Part shown: positions 29,482-37,989 of the stretch, one piece after another | Layout: each line of letters starts with the position of its first letter | Numbering within the stretch: the stretch's first letter is position 1 | DNA from: a virus | Length of the DNA: 64,000 nt | Direction: 5' to 3' (one strand) | Virus record (IMG/VR): IMGVR_UViG_3300037231_000129 | Coordinates: 34,025 to 98,024 of that record | Position numbers and translations under genes: made by a program | Notes under the pieces: model-generated | The model's database searches: none | What the model was told of the DNA's origin: nothing | What the model saw: the letters and a program-made list of their open reading frames with translations, nothing else

Positions 29482-30303
29482 ATGGCAGATCTCGACATTA
29501 TCGAACTCATGCGGAGCCCGCTGACCCAAAGCGGGAAATCCTCGAACTTCCTGCGCCTGGTGCTGTCCGAAGCCGCAAGCTACGGCATGCCGGCGCAGGT
29601 GGTTGCTACACTCGACGACATAGCGGCGATGCTCGGCTACTACCGGCCCCTGCCAGAGGGGCAGGCCGTGCATCTGGCGGGTCCTCTTGTGCAATGGCGT
29701 ACCGACCGGCAACAGCCGGTGCTGGAACGCATCACGGAAATCGAAGGCCTGGCGCTCAAACAGCGTGCCCTCGTTGCTTTCGGCGGCGCACCACCCGACC
29801 ACCGGGTAGGCACCGCGGAGATCATCGTCGCGCTGTCCAACTGCCATAAGAGCTTCATGCCAAAGCCCTATTATGAGATTTGGGCATGGGCTTGTACCAC
29901 CGTCATGGCGCATCTGACCGGCGAAAACCCCGAGAAGATCCGCAAGACGAATGAGTGGCCGCAAGTTTTCGACAACGATGTGCTCCGCCCCGGCGGCCGT
30001 CTGCACCCCACTTACACGGAGATCGCCACCTCTATTCGTCGCGTCAGCATTGATTCGATGCGAGGCGATGAAGAAAACCCACGGGTCCGGCTGCGGCCCC
30101 TTGCTCTGGTGTTTCTCCACGCGCATCAACGGTATCTCAACGAAGCCAAGCACGAAGCTGGTTCCGTCGAGTTGCTACAGGTTGAGGCGGTGGAAAACGC
30201 GATCAAGTCGATCCACAGCATGTTTCCCGATATCACTCAGGACGAGATCAACGCCGTTGATTTCACTGAGGAAGTCTCAAAGCTCGCAGAGCTGAGCATT
30301 TAG
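29482..30303 (+). CDS. hypothetical protein (probable remote paralog of 33192-33779)
   Basis: GAGGAG SD within B11. Confidence 0.7.
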   Translation: MADLDIIELMRSPLTQSGKSSNFLRLVLSEAASYGMPAQVVATLDDIAAMLGYYRPLPEGQAVHLAGPLVQWRTDRQQPVLERITEIEGLALKQRALVAFGGAPPDHRVGTAEIIVALSNCHKSFMPKPYYEIWAWACTTVMAHLTGENPEKIRKTNEWPQVFDNDVLRPGGRLHPTYTEIATSIRRVSIDSMRGDEENPRVRLRPLALVFLHAHQRYLNEAKHEAGSVELLQVEAVENAIKSIHSMFPDITQDEINAVDFTEEVSKLAELSI

Positions 30304-30365
30304 CCGAACAACCGCCCGGGCCCAGCGCCTGGGTGGTTTAGCGCCAACACGGCGCCAGACGAGGC
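30303..30365 (+). ncRNA. hammerhead-like, type II, CAGACGA core (B12)
   Basis: GCC-GAA-c-AACCGCCCGGG/CCTGGGTGGTT-ta-GCGCC/GGCGC-CAGACGA-GGC. Confidence 0.55.
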
Positions 30366-30394
30366 AATTCTGCTCGCTGCACCGGGATATCCCG

Positions 30395-30703
30395 ATGGCT
30401 GATCACAAACGAAAACCCGCCAAAACCACGAAATTTCCGAAAAAGTTTCGCATGAAACTGGAAAAAATCGTGGAGGCCAAAGCCGGGCGGGCATCGGAAG
30501 CGACGAGAGAAGAGGCATTCGACAAGATTGCCGACGTTCTCGGCCGCGAACTGCTGACGCCCGGCTCGGTCTACGCGACGCACACGGTGATCGACGAAGC
30601 GAATTTTCGTCTAACCTCGCGTCACTGGATCCAGCCGATCGACAAGCTTCGCTACCTGTCGGTTCCTGCTCCCTGGCTTCCCGAAACCCCGGCCTCCTCG
30701 TGA
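30395..30703 (+). CDS. hypothetical basic protein
   Basis: 102-aa ORF in cluster. Confidence 0.55.
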   Translation: MADHKRKPAKTTKFPKKFRMKLEKIVEAKAGRASEATREEAFDKIADVLGRELLTPGSVYATHTVIDEANFRLTSRHWIQPIDKLRYLSVPAPWLPETPASS

Positions 30704-30744
30704 GGCCGGGATATGCCGGCGATCAAGCCGACACTGATGAGGAA
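30678..30744 (+). ncRNA. hammerhead ribozyme-like, type II (B13)
   Basis: CC-GAAAC-CCCGGCCTC/GAGGCCGGG-ATA-TGCCGGC gatcaa GCCGACA-CTGATGA-GG. Confidence 0.75.
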
Positions 30745-30750
30745 CACCCC

Positions 30751-31074
30751 ATGAGATACTGCAAAATCATCAACGGATTGCTCTACGACACCGAGACTGC
30801 CGACCTGATCTGCGACATAACTCCGAAAGAGGCCGGCCAATCTCGCAGCGATTTCAACTACGATGACACTGGGCTCTACCGCACCCCCGGCAAGAGGTTT
30901 TTCATCGCCGGGGAAGGAGGTCCCACTTCCCGCTGGAGCACGCCTGTGAACAACGGTCTTTTCGAAGGCAATGGCCTGAGAGAAATTACCGAAGAAGAGG
31001 CAAAAGCGTTCGTCGAGGAATTCGCCTCGGTCGAGATGTATATCGCAGTTTTCGGCGAGCCCGATTCTGCTTAA
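30751..31074 (+). CDS. phage hypothetical protein
   Basis: KIING.LYDTETA..LYRT..GKRFFIAGEGGP.SRW motif. Confidence 0.7.
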   Translation: MRYCKIINGLLYDTETADLICDITPKEAGQSRSDFNYDDTGLYRTPGKRFFIAGEGGPTSRWSTPVNNGLFEGNGLREITEEEAKAFVEEFASVEMYIAVFGEPDSA

Positions 31075-31136
31075 GCGAAACCCCGGCCTCCTCGTGAGGC
31101 CGGGATATGCCGGTATTTCGCCGGCGCTGATGAGGC
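31075..31136 (+). ncRNA. hammerhead ribozyme-like, type II (B14), at end of cluster
   Basis: 38 nt identical to B13, then stem I TGCCGGT/GCCGGCG, CTGATGAG; no downstream + ORF. Confidence 0.7.
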
Positions 31137-31137
31137 C

Positions 31138-31923
31138 CTAAGCCGGCAACGATGCCACGTCCGCCGAGAGCGACGCCCAATCCAGGTCGGATGGAGCGAG
31201 CCCCGTGGTGGTGATCCAGAACCGCGACAGCGCGACGTCGGTGGCGAGCCAATACCTGGAGAGAAAATCAGGGTGCATCCACACCTGCTCCGCCCACGTC
31301 TCGCCATTGAGATAGCCGTCGCGCTGGCCGCCCACGGCAATGCTGTGCTGACCCCAGCCACCAGGCTCCCAGCCTGTCCCGGTGCCAGGCGCATCCCCCC
31401 AAGCACTCACCGGGGCCTGCAGCAGCGCCTCGGGCAGCGCCAGGGTGATGCGGACCGGGCCGGCCAGATCGATCGCCACCGGGGTGTCCGCCAGGTCAGC
31501 GTGCGTCCAGCCGATGACGTCGAGGTCGTTGGCCGGATTGCCGAGCGGCAACCCTTGCGTCGCCCACCAGGCCATGAACTCATTGGTGTTGGTGCCCGAG
31601 CCCATACCGGGTGGCGTGTAGCCCGTGCGCTGGGTGTACAGGCCGAGACAGCCGGCCGTCGTCGGCAAGTAGCTGTTCGGTCCCCAGGCATGATGTGCCC
31701 GGGCGCGGGCGATCTGGAAGGCGCTCACCTCGACGCAATTACCGGCGTCATTGTTGCCCAGCATGGGATCGGGGCCGCTAGCGAAATCGATCCCGTCGAA
31801 CCAGTCGGTTTCCGGTTTGGTCTGGGGCAGCTGCAGCAGTGAAGCGAAAGCGCGAATCACGGCGGGCCGGGGCGTATGGATCGCCCCGGTGCAACGTTCG
31901 ATCATCTTACTGTACCGAAGCAA
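31138..31923 (-). CDS. papain-like cysteine peptidase family protein
   Basis: MLGNNDAGNCV (Cys), GQHSIAVGG (His), ETW. Confidence 0.55.
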   Translation of the reverse strand: MLRYSKMIERCTGAIHTPRPAVIRAFASLLQLPQTKPETDWFDGIDFASGPDPMLGNNDAGNCVEVSAFQIARARAHHAWGPNSYLPTTAGCLGLYTQRTGYTPPGMGSGTNTNEFMAWWATQGLPLGNPANDLDVIGWTHADLADTPVAIDLAGPVRITLALPEALLQAPVSAWGDAPGTGTGWEPGGWGQHSIAVGGQRDGYLNGETWAEQVWMHPDFLSRYWLATDVALSRFWITTTGLAPSDLDWASLSADVASLPA

Positions 31924-32443
31924 CTTGCAGGTAAGCCAGACCCAGCAGGCTGAACATGCTGGCTTCGGTGGGATTCTTGTCGATGCCGGCGAGGTGGGTG
32001 ATGTGGTTGATCATCTCCGCCTGCTTGTTCGCGGTGGCGACGTCGGCCTTCAATTTCTGGAAGTCGAACATCGCCTTGGCATCGACCGGCGCGGTCACGG
32101 TGCCAGGCATTGGCGCGAGAACCGCAACCAATCCCAGGATCGAGGGCAGGAAGCTGCCCAACTGGCTGATCGTGTTGGTGACATCCGTCAGCACGGACGA
32201 AGCCGTGGTGCCGGAGGTTCCCAAGTTCAGCGCTGCCACGTCCGTGGACAGTTTCGACGTGGCCGCGGCGACCTGCTGGAGCTCCGTCGTGGTGAGCGGC
32301 TGGCCGTTGGCGTCGGCCTCGATGTCAGTGATCAGCGTCGCGGTGTCGCCGGCGACGGCGCTGATTGCGGTCGAGCTGGTCGAGCTGCAAGACGCGACCA
32401 GCAGCGCGGCCGTGGATGCGCCGACGAGGAGAACTTTTTTCAT
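31907..32443 (-). CDS. lipoprotein
   Basis: MKK + hydrophobic stretch + LVASC lipobox. Confidence 0.7.
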   Translation of the reverse strand: MKKVLLVGASTAALLVASCSSTSSTAISAVAGDTATLITDIEADANGQPLTTTELQQVAAATSKLSTDVAALNLGTSGTTASSVLTDVTNTISQLGSFLPSILGLVAVLAPMPGTVTAPVDAKAMFDFQKLKADVATANKQAEMINHITHLAGIDKNPTEASMFSLLGLAYLQVASVQ

Positions 32444-32479
32444 CCGAGTGGCCTTTCTACGATGTGGCGATGGGTCGCC

Positions 32480-32791
32480 TTATGAGCCGGTGGCGGGTGC
32501 CGGCGACGGTGCGGGTTGCGAGAGCGAAGCGGCAAACGCGGTTGCGGCGGCCAGGACCGTCTCGCCGGCGTTCTCGATCTGCACCACGGGCACGCCGTGT
32601 GCCTCGGCCGACGCAATGCCGGCGGCCAGGGCCTCCGAGATCAGCGGCGAGCTTGCCGTCAGGGTCGTCAGGCTCTCCTCGGCCACCGCGACCTTGCCGA
32701 CCAGCCAAACCGCCGCGTGTTCGACCGCGGTCAGCCCTTCGTGGCCAATTTGTTCAAGCTTCTGGACGATTGTCATCGAGGGATCGGACAT
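32480..32791 (-). CDS. hypothetical Ala-rich protein
   Basis: GGAGG SD. Confidence 0.65.
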   Translation of the reverse strand: MSDPSMTIVQKLEQIGHEGLTAVEHAAVWLVGKVAVAEESLTTLTASSPLISEALAAGIASAEAHGVPVVQIENAGETVLAAATAFAASLSQPAPSPAPATGS

Positions 32792-32897
32792 GGGAATCCT
32801 CCAAATATATTAGGTTTATCCAGCGGATTGTTCATGCGCGCATTTTTGGTTTGCGGCGAGTCACAAAATCACAGGGTAGTGTTTCAATTTGATCTGT

Positions 32898-32953
32898 GAA
32901 AGCCCCGCATTTTACTAGGAGCTCTGCCGGCACCCCGCCGGCGCTGATGAGGA
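32898..32953 (+). ncRNA. hammerhead ribozyme-like, type II (B15)
   Basis: GAA-AGC..GCT-C-TGCCGGC/GCCGGCG-CTGATGA-GGA; weak stem II. Confidence 0.65.
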
Positions 32954-32957
32954 CACC

Positions 32958-33125
32958 ATGAAATACGCTGTGATTCCCAGCTCCTGGCTCACCACCGGCT
33001 GGGGCTGGAGCGCCCGCCGTCTCATTGTCCTGCAACGGATGGCGATGCGATACGAACTGCCGTTGGACGATCCAACGCGGCTGGAAGGCCTGTATCGCCA
33101 CGTCTGCTTTGAGATATGGCCTTAG
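32958..33125 (+). CDS. 55-aa hypothetical protein (not in ORF track)
   Basis: MKYAVIPSSWLTTGWGWSARRLIVLQ..; fills the gap between B15 and B16. Confidence 0.6.
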   Translation: MKYAVIPSSWLTTGWGWSARRLIVLQRMAMRYELPLDDPTRLEGLYRHVCFEIWP

Positions 33126-33187
33126 TGCGAACCCCTGCCTCCCGATCGGCAGGGGTCCGGGACAATCAAGTCCCGACTGATGAGCAC
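33125..33187 (+). ncRNA. hammerhead ribozyme-like, type II (B16)
   Basis: GTGC-GAA-CCCCTGCC/GGCAGGGG-TC-CGGGAC aatcaa GTCCCG-A-CTGATGA-GCAC. Confidence 0.75.
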
Positions 33188-33191
33188 CCCC

Positions 33192-33779
33192 ATGAAAAAC
33201 CAACCCTGCTACGTCTCCGCGGACGACAACAACATCAAATTGTTCCGGACCATGGCCGCCGTCGGTTTACCGATGAGCCTGCTGGGCCAATTGATCGCAA
33301 CGCTCCGCGTCGACCTGAATATTCCGATCGCGATGCTACGCTACGTGTTCGGACCGCTGGTCATACATGTGCCACCCGGCACCCCAAGCGGCGATATGGC
33401 ATGGCTTGACCGCAAAACCATCGATCGCTGGAAACCACGGGTTTACGTCGAACGACTGGAGATCCTGTGTGGCGAAGTACCAGACATCGTCTCGGCGACG
33501 GAAATCTGGCTGGTCACCACGAACGCACTTCATGAAGCACCACCGCGGCATCAGCTGGCGGAGGTTGTTCTATGGGCCGCGAATCGTGCGCTGATCCGCT
33601 CCGGTCAGGAGAACCCCTTGACCAAGGCCGACAACACCTATCGGCTGGCGTCGGATGAAGATGTCATCGAGGGCAACTATTCGATGGAATATCGCGAATT
33701 GTCCCGTCAGATCATCGCCAAGGTGATTGCACACAGCCAGATCGAGCGACGACCGCGCCGCGCCGCCGCGGCGGAATGA
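33192..33779 (+). CDS. hypothetical protein
   Basis: ATG after B16. Confidence 0.65.
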   Translation: MKNQPCYVSADDNNIKLFRTMAAVGLPMSLLGQLIATLRVDLNIPIAMLRYVFGPLVIHVPPGTPSGDMAWLDRKTIDRWKPRVYVERLEILCGEVPDIVSATEIWLVTTNALHEAPPRHQLAEVVLWAANRALIRSGQENPLTKADNTYRLASDEDVIEGNYSMEYRELSRQIIAKVIAHSQIERRPRRAAAAE

Positions 33780-34130
33780 GACAAGCCCCTACGTTTTCAA
33801 CGTGGGGGCTTTTCCTCTTGCGCGATCGGTGTTTATATGGTCCATGATAGTGTGATAAAACTGGAACCCGGGGGAAAGCTGCCCATGTTAGGGAGTGGCC
33901 ACGCAAGGCTCTTGGAGGTTGTCATGGCCGGTAAGACCCGCAAGACAGCCGGGAGGGAAGAGTATCGCAAGGCTCGACGCGATCTGGCGAGCAGCATGTT
34001 TGAGCCGCTGCTGCTGGCTCTCGTCCTCTACCTGCTAGCGCGGTGGCTTTTCTCCGCGGTTTTCTAGGCGCCGTCTTCCGTCCGGAAGGCGGCGTTTGCG
34101 TATGAGCTGTCTGCAACGAGGAGATTGTCG

Positions 34131-35285
34131 ATGAGCGATCACGGAATTCCGTCCGGCTATAACGACCGCCACGACGTCGCCACGCGCGATCCCGAGATTC
34201 TTCGCCCCAAACCGGCCAGCTTGGTCTCGGTCAGCCCGGAGCTGGTCCAGGAGATCATCCGCAAGCTGACCGAGGGCGGCGCGGACGCGACGATCGTCAA
34301 GGCGATGATGGCCGCGTTGAACGCCGCCGGCGGCCAGTCCGAGCCGCTGCCGATCATGACCAACCCGGAGCTCGTCGCCAAAGCGATCATCGGTGTGATG
34401 GGGAAGGTCAAGGAAGTTGCGAAGAGCGGATACAACAAGGAAGGCAAGTACGGCTACGTCTACTTCGGTGATGTTAGAGCGTTGTTACAAGACGCTTTTG
34501 TCTCGGTCGGGCTTACCCTCAACCAACGGCAGGTCGGTAATCCCCGCGTCGTCGGCAAGACGTTGATGATCAAATACACCTTCGACGCTTTCACAGCGGA
34601 CGGCGGCATTATTCTCGGGATAACGACCACGACAGGCGCCTGTCGTTTCGAGTTCAAGAGCGGCACTTTTGACGACAAAGCGCCGAACAAGGCCTTCACG
34701 GCGGGTGAAAAATCGGCCATGACGGCGCTGTTCAAGATCGCGCCGGACGATAATCAAAGCGAACGAACCCTCGACGCGGATCCCGACACGCAAGGCATGT
34801 ATGACGAAGAGCCGGCCGAGCGTACCAACTTTCGCGGTCCGGATGATCGAGGTCGTGATCGTGGTCGTGATGAGCCCCGGCGGGGGGGCGATCGCCCGCG
34901 CGATGAACCGCGTGATCGCGGCCGGCGCGACGACCCACCGCGGGATGACCCGCCTCGAGGTGGCTACGATAATCGCGACGATCCGCCGAGCGATCGGGGT
35001 CGTGGCAGTCCCGATCGCGGCCGAGGCGGCGGCAACGCCGATGAACCGCCGGACGGACGATGGGATGACGGCCCTCGCGAGCCGCCGCCGTCCGACGTCA
35101 CCGCCGGCCACCGCGACCTGGTAACCGATTTCCAGCGCAAGCAGGATGCCTGCAGCTCGGAGGAGGATGCCGCCGCCTTGTGGCGGGATGATGCCGCATT
35201 GCTCACCGAGACGAACGACCGGACCTACACTCACCTGGTCGACACATACGAAAAACGGTGGGGCATTCGCCCGCCGGCAATCTAG
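34131..35285 (+). CDS. ERF-family single-strand annealing protein with R/D/P-rich tail
   Basis: KSGYN...YGYV..GDV...GL...DDKAPNKAFT..K..LF.I..DD..D.D; next to ssb. Confidence 0.8.
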   Translation: MSDHGIPSGYNDRHDVATRDPEILRPKPASLVSVSPELVQEIIRKLTEGGADATIVKAMMAALNAAGGQSEPLPIMTNPELVAKAIIGVMGKVKEVAKSGYNKEGKYGYVYFGDVRALLQDAFVSVGLTLNQRQVGNPRVVGKTLMIKYTFDAFTADGGIILGITTTTGACRFEFKSGTFDDKAPNKAFTAGEKSAMTALFKIAPDDNQSERTLDADPDTQGMYDEEPAERTNFRGPDDRGRDRGRDEPRRGGDRPRDEPRDRGRRDDPPRDDPPRGGYDNRDDPPSDRGRGSPDRGRGGGNADEPPDGRWDDGPREPPPSDVTAGHRDLVTDFQRKQDACSSEEDAAALWRDDAALLTETNDRTYTHLVDTYEKRWGIRPPAI

Positions 35286-35309
35286 CCCTCGATCACAAGG
35301 AAACATGCC

Positions 35310-35948
35310 ATGGCTTCCAGCGCCGCGAATATCACTGTCGTCGGTTACGTCGGACAGGATCCGGAAATCCGTAAACTCGATGGTGGTCGCGAGGTCTGCA
35401 CGATCTCGATTGCCGTCTCCGGTAAGACCGGGGGCGATGAGTGGACCAATTGGTACCGCTGCTCAATCTGGCGCGAAAACGACATAGATTTTATCGATAA
35501 ATACATCAAAAAAGGCGCCTACGTCGCGGTGTTCGGCGAGTTGCACAGCCGCGAATACCGCGACCGCGAGGGCTACGACAGGACGTCGATGGACGTCAAC
35601 GCGCAACGATTTATGTCGCTCGACAAGGGCGATGGCGGCGGCCGGAGCGGCGGCGATCGCGATCGCGGGCGCGGCGGTGACGATCGGACCCGGTCTGGCG
35701 GTGGGCGCGGCGACACCCGTGGTGCTGATCGGGGCCGGGGCGGTGATGACCGAGGCGGCGGGCGTGGTGATGACCGTGGCCGCGGCGACACCCGTGGTGC
35801 TGATCGGGGCCGGGGCGGTGATGACCGTGGCCGCGGCGGCGACGCGCGTGGCGCCGATCGGGGTCGCGATACCGGTGGCCGTGGCGGCGATACCGGGCGC
35901 CCGAATGCGCAGCGGGATGCTGACCTGGACGATGAGATTCCATTTTGA
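35310..35948 (+). CDS. ssb: single-stranded DNA-binding protein
   Basis: VGYVGQDPEIR..T.WYRC..W..KKG..V.V.GEL..REY.D; C-terminal DDEIPF. Confidence 0.95.
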   Translation: MASSAANITVVGYVGQDPEIRKLDGGREVCTISIAVSGKTGGDEWTNWYRCSIWRENDIDFIDKYIKKGAYVAVFGELHSREYRDREGYDRTSMDVNAQRFMSLDKGDGGGRSGGDRDRGRGGDDRTRSGGGRGDTRGADRGRGGDDRGGGRGDDRGRGDTRGADRGRGGDDRGRGGDARGADRGRDTGGRGGDTGRPNAQRDADLDDEIPF

Positions 35949-36490
35949 CCGTTCTAATAGTTACGGTCTAGGAACTATCTGAGGGAGGTATGTCATGTCA
36001 GTATCTGCAATACAAGTGAATTCGGCTCGGCGCGCGTCGAAGCTGGTGAAAACCAATGACTGACGAAGATCTGCGCAACCTTCGGGCAATGCTGGAAACC
36101 CGACGTTCCAGCAGTATCGAAATCATCCAAAAGTTTCCGTCGCCAGCACGGTTCGGCAGCAGTTCCGAGGAACTTCTCGTCGTCGTCCGTGAAGCCATGG
36201 CTTGGCGGGCGGCGGTGCGGTCGCAATCGCACGAACCGTTCACCACAATCCATGTTCTGCCGGGGGCCGCGCTGCGCCTGTTGCTCGAACCGACAGAGCT
36301 GGTCAGTGAAACCACCGGTCCAGTCGAGGTTCGGCTCTGGAAAGGCCTGACGAACCGCGGCACCGACGTGGCGGCCTTCATCATGGCCATCGGCTCGCAG
36401 TCGCCGGAATTCGATGCCGAGGTCGGTGCCCTGCTGCGTTCGACCGAGCCACCACCGATCGTGGAGTCCCCGCTCTGAAGGAAAGCCCTG

Positions 36491-36892
36491 TTGGCTGATC
36501 GTCGTCCAACCTACCGCGATGTCGAGCCCGTCCGCCACGCGGTGACGTACGAGGAAATGCAGGAAGCCAAGGTCTTTGTCGATCGCACGGCCAACGAGTT
36601 CGGGCGGCTGAAGGCGCGGTCAAAATACGAGAAGCTGGTGCTGGATGCCCTCCTGCACCGGCTCATCCGCGATTCAGACGCCAAGACGTACAAAATGCGC
36701 GAAGACGACGCCGAGGCCTCGCCGATCTATTTGCGCCAGGCCGAGCAATGGCTCGCGGTCGAGACACAGTGGAACCAGCTCGAGGCGAAGACCAAGGTCG
36801 AGTACACGAAAATCGAGATTTGGCGGACGATCAGCGCCAACGAGCGGATCCGCGAGCAATCGCCTGATTCAACCCGCGAAAGGAGATCATGA
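36491..36892 (+). CDS. hypothetical coiled-coil protein of the recombination module
   Basis: C-terminal KIEIWRT.SANER motif. Confidence 0.55.
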   Translation: MADRRPTYRDVEPVRHAVTYEEMQEAKVFVDRTANEFGRLKARSKYEKLVLDALLHRLIRDSDAKTYKMREDDAEASPIYLRQAEQWLAVETQWNQLEAKTKVEYTKIEIWRTISANERIREQSPDSTRERRS

Positions 36893-37615
36893 ATGCCAGG
36901 ATCAAAATCCCCGCGATCACCGGAATTCGTCAAGGAATTCACGCAATTATGGGAGGCAAAGACTGGCCCGAAGTGGACCTATACGACCTCCGATATGGGC
37001 CACCGACTGGGCATCACCAAAAATACCGTCTGCGGCCTGCGCAAGCGTTTGGACCTTCCGGAACGCGGGACCCCTCTGAGAGGAAACCTGACGTTCGTGA
37101 ACGGGAAACTGGTGCGCGAAAAAATGCCGCCCAGGCCACGAAAACCACCGCTAACCGTTGAAATCCCTGGCGAACCGATCCAAATCCCAAGAGCGCGGTG
37201 GCTTGAATGGTTCAACCGCCTCGAGTCTCCCCAGAAACAGCGAATAGCCGCCGCGATCCATCCCAGAGGCTGCGCCATGCTGGCGTCCGGTGGTGGCATG
37301 TGGGAATGCACCTGTGGCCTGTCGCTGCCCGGTACCGCGCTGGCGCGCACCGCATCGAAGCGCGAATGCGTGGCCGATGTGCCGGCGGAAGCGATCGCCG
37401 GGCTGGCATCGTCACCACCGTCTAAACGCAGGTCTCACACCGTCGCCGCAACTAGGCCGAGTCCCTTCCGGCGAACGGAGCCATGCTGTTGGCCGAATGG
37501 CCCCTGCGACGCCGAGGCGGTGCCAGGCAAGCCCTACTGCGTTGAACACTGGGAGCTGACCCACCAGAAATCGAGGCAGCCTGAGCGGCAGGAAGCTGCT
37601 CACGAGTCGGCGTAG
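36893..37615 (+). CDS. GcrA-family cell-cycle regulator homolog
   Basis: LW...SDMGHRLGITKNTVCGLRKRLDL HTH and CCWPNG..C.....GKPYC.EH C-terminus. Confidence 0.75.
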   Translation: MPGSKSPRSPEFVKEFTQLWEAKTGPKWTYTTSDMGHRLGITKNTVCGLRKRLDLPERGTPLRGNLTFVNGKLVREKMPPRPRKPPLTVEIPGEPIQIPRARWLEWFNRLESPQKQRIAAAIHPRGCAMLASGGGMWECTCGLSLPGTALARTASKRECVADVPAEAIAGLASSPPSKRRSHTVAATRPSPFRRTEPCCWPNGPCDAEAVPGKPYCVEHWELTHQKSRQPERQEAAHESA

Positions 37616-37931
37616 CCATGCCCGGGCGCTGCGCTAGCTGCCGCTCATGGGACGGTCATACGCAGGCTCGGTTGCGGCAGATGGGCAGTTGCGATCTCGA
37701 TGGCCAGCTCGTGCATGCTGGCTACGGCTGTCCATCGCACAGGCCCAGCGTGCGATCCCTCCAAGTTATTGTCGGCATGACCCTCACCGACCTGGTGCGT
37801 CTACGCCAAGACCACGGCGACGCGGCCGACCAGCTGCGCGAAGCGTGGCTCATCCTCTGGAAAAAACCTGACGACGATCCGACACGCTGGATGTTCGAAC
37901 GGCTGCTACGCGACTACCGCAACATACCGCC

Positions 37932-37981
37932 CTCCTGAAACAGCAATGTCCGCCGGTGATCAAGCCGGCACTGACGAGGAG
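37932..37981 (+). ncRNA. hammerhead ribozyme, type II, canonical core (B17)
   Basis: CTCC(T)-GAAA-CA gcaa TG-TC (GUC site, predicted cut after 37950)-cGCCGGT gatcaa GCCGGCa-CTGACGA-GGAG. Confidence 0.8.
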
Positions 37982-37989
37982 CACATCCC

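Noticed and set aside
25377-33187. Intergenic hairpins as intrinsic terminators
   Set aside because: Almost none has a U-tract after the stems; conserved CUGANGA/GAA junctions and a following RBS fit a hammerhead fold better.
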